Shown: positions 34,836 to 37,725 of the stretch, in pieces
Numbering within the stretch: the first letter of the stretch is position 1
Layout of the letters: each line of letters begins with the position of its first letter
Assembly (NCBI RefSeq): GCF_001194135.2
Contig: NC_068981.1
Coordinates: forward strand, 126,563,518-126,601,242
Source: Octopus bimaculoides
Lineage: Eukaryota
Length of the DNA stretch: 37,725 bases
Direction of reading: 5' to 3'
The notes under the pieces: model-generated
What the model saw: only the letters and a program-made list of their open reading frames with translations
Database searches by the model: none
What the model was told of the DNA's origin: nothing
Made by a program: the position numbers and the translations under genes

Positions 34836-36544
34836 GTTATCTAGTACTATAAGAAATATGTAAAAAGGATCAAAGGATAAATTGGTGTAATCATGCTAAC
34901 TGATGTAGTTCTAATGTTTTGGCAATCAATCAACATAAATTCGAATGTAATATCATTTAATATGTTAACCAAGAAGAAAAAAGTGGTTTAGGCTTGTAGA
35001 GGATTAAATATGAATTGTTCTTATCGCATAAAATTATAAGCTTTTAAATAGAATGCTTCTCGTACTGACATTCACGAAATGGCTATAGAAAATAAATATT
35101 GTAAATAAAACGGCAGACTGAAGAAATAGTTATGTTGATAAGGAATGAAACGTAACAGGAACAAGAGAATAACTTCAAAAGTAAATAAAAGAGAGAAAAA
35201 AAATGGGAGTAGACATGATGTCTCTTATAGCAGGTACCTGACATTGTACCTATCGCATGATATACAACTCACAAGAATACTGTTTCATTGAAGCATCCAA
35301 CAAAGCAGTTTAAATACAGTTTGGGTAATAAATATTTAAAAAATAACATTTAGTATTGCCTTATTTATGACAATGTAAACATGTGATAGTCTGACGTTCG
35401 GTTCAGGGAGAGGATGACCTATTCGCCCGCTAGCGGGGTTGGGGTGAAATCATTCGAAAGAGTTATAAGAATGCGAGGAAACATTGTAACTAGCAGTGTA
35501 TAACATCGGACAGTATTGTCGATACACTGATACGCACACACACACAGATATATATATATATATATATATATANNNNNNNNNNNNNNNNNNNNNNNNNNNN
35601 NNNNNNNNNNNNNNNNNNNNNNNNNNNNNNNNNNNNNNNNNNNNNNNNNNNNNNNNNNNNNNNNNNNNNNNNNNNNNNNNNNNNNNNNNNNNNNNNNNNN
35701 NNNNNNNNNNNNNNNNNNNNNNNNNNNNNNNNNNNNNNNNNNNNNNNNNNNNNNNNNNNNNNNNNNNNNNNNNNNNNNNNNNNNNNNNNNNNNNNNNNNN
35801 NNNNNNNNNNNNNNNNNNNNNNNNNNNNNNNNNNNNNNNNNNNNNNNNNNNNNNNNNNNNNNNNNNNNNNNNNNNNNNNNNNNNNNNNNNNNNNNNNNNN
35901 NNNNNNNNNNNNNNNNNNNNNNNNNNNNNNNNNNNNNNNNNNNNNNNNNNNNNNNNNNNNNNNNNNNNNNNNNNNNNNNNNNNNNNNNNNNNNNNNNNNN
36001 NNNNNNNNNNNNNNNNNNNNNNNNNNNNNNNNNNNNNNNNNNNNNNNNNNNNNNNNNNNNNNNNNNNNNNNNNNNNNNNNNNNNNNNNNNNNNNNNNNNN
36101 NNNNNNNNNNNNNNNNNNNNNNNNNNNNNNNNNNNNNNNNNNNNNNNNNNNNNNNNNNNNNNNNNNNNNNNNNNNNNNNNNNNNNNNNNNNNNNNNNNNN
36201 NNNNNNNNNNNNNNNNNNNNNNNNNNNNNNNNNNNNNNNNNNNNNNNNNNNNNNNNNNNNNNNNNNNNNNNNNNNNNNNNNNNNNNNNNNNNNNNNNNNN
36301 NNNNNNNNNNNNNNNNNNNNNNNNNNNNNNNNNNNNNNNNNNNNNNNNNNNNNNNNNNNNNNNNNNNNNNNNNNNNNNNNNNNNNNNNNNNNNNNNNNNN
36401 NNNNNNNNNNNNNNNNNNNNNNNNNNNNNNNNNNNNNNNNNNNNNNNNNNNNNNNNNNNNNNNNNNNNNNNNNNNNNNNNNNNNNNNNNNNNNNNNNNNN
36501 NNNNNNNNNNNNNNNNNNNNNNNNNNNNNNNNNNNNNNNNNNNN

Positions 36545-37725
36545 TATGAATTGATCGGCATGTACCGCATCGGCTATCATTGCATTTGGATACAGTGAAT
36601 GTTTGATTTTTGTTGCTGAGGTTAAACCTTGCCTTTGTTAATAGCTTTTTCAAGTTTTTAGGTTGTCTCTTACTGAGAGTTATATTTTGATCTGTAATGA
36701 TATTTCTCAATTCCTTACTTTGTGCAAGGATCGGTAAGTTCGCTATGGCGATATTAAAGATGTTCTGGTGGCATGGATTTTGTGTCACTATAAATGGAAT
36801 GATCTTTTCCTGTTTGTCTCTTCTTTGTGGTGTCCTCAGTTGTTGTATGGGTATTTTCGAAGCCCGCAGAATACCATTTTCTATGAGTAGTGATGGGTAC
36901 TTTTGCTTTAGTAGAAATTCTTTCAGTTCTATCAGGCGCTGATTTCTGGTCTCTATATCCTCTACAATAGTACATATTCTCCTGGCTAGGCAGTATGGAA
37001 TGTTGCGTTTTGTATGGGTGGATGGCACGATTTAAAGTTCAAGTATTGGTGTGTATCTGTGGGTTTCTAATATATATCTGTAGTAATGGCGGTGTCCCTT
37101 TTAACTACCATTATATCTAGAAATGGTAATTTGCTACTGCTCATCTCCTTTGTAAATTAGATGGATGGGTGTAGGTTCTTCAGGAGGGTGTTGAATTCTT
37201 CCACAGTGCTTTGAGGTTTGGTCCAAATTATAAAGCAATCGTCCAGGTATCTCTTCCATGCTTTTTCTATAAACTTCCTAAATTCGGTGTTATATCTCTC
37301 TTCTATTTCCTGATAGAGTTTTTGTTCCCAGTAACCCATCACCGAGTTCGTATAAACTGGAGCAAACCTTGTTCCTATAGCCGTGCCTTTAATTTGGATA
37401 TAGTTCTTTCCATTGAAGAAGAAAGTATTATTTTCCAGGATAAGTCTCACTGATTCTAGTATAAATGTCACCGTGAATCTGTTGGGAATTGCTTCCCTGT
37501 GTTTGTCTACCCAGTATTCCACCGCCTTTATTCCTAAATCATGTGGGATATTTGTGTATAGACTTACTACATCAAAGCTCAGTAGGATTGAATTTGTTTC
37601 AGTGGTTTTGGGAAGATGGGATAAAAAGTCGATGTCATCCCGAATGAAGCTGGGTATGTATGTACATAGTGGCTTTAAAAGAATGTCGATGAAATTGCTT
37701 AGATGGTGAGTAGGGCATACTGGGC
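36545..37725 (-). mobile_element. Penelope-like element: RT through the start of the GIY-YIG region, lightly disrupted
   Basis: Frame open 37723-37157 (SFDVVSLYTNIP, GTAIGTRFAP, RYLDDCFIIW), then FLDI, KPTDTHQYL, SCHP/HTKRNIPY, QKYP, KNLKKLL, CNDSRCGTC. In-frame stops near 37157 and 37067, a frameshift near 37020; truncated by the window end and the gap. Confidence 0.95.

Noticed and set aside
35419-36580. Long X-rich ORFs across gaps (also 3404, 14790, 34275)
   Set aside because: Open only because N runs contain no stops.

Overview
AT-rich eukaryotic scaffold window, dominated by microsatellites and interspersed repeats, with six N-gaps. The tRNA-derived SINE families and repeat landscape resemble an octopus/coleoid cephalopod genome (inference from memory, not verified). 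No complete host gene is visible, and nearly all ORFs in the supplied track are microsatellite or gap artefacts. Supported transposon content: three Penelope-like (PLE) retroelement remnants, a TIR-bounded Tc1-like transposon with DD36E spacing, a mariner-type MITE, a decayed R4/Dong-like LINE with an inverted partial second copy, degenerate APE-LINE fragments, and many SINE copies (family labels A-E are mine). The main signal is a set of minimal type I hammerhead ribozyme (HHR) motifs of the PLE kind, at 3734-3785, 8809-8854, 20120-20159 and twice within a foldback element at about 28670-29035. One sits inside a TSD-flanked, tRNA-headed SINE-like element, suggesting a Pol III-driven, ribozyme-bearing non-autonomous element. 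Several short splice-site-bounded segments may be exons of a long-intron host gene, the best being a leucine-zipper exon at 9376-9517; this is unproven.
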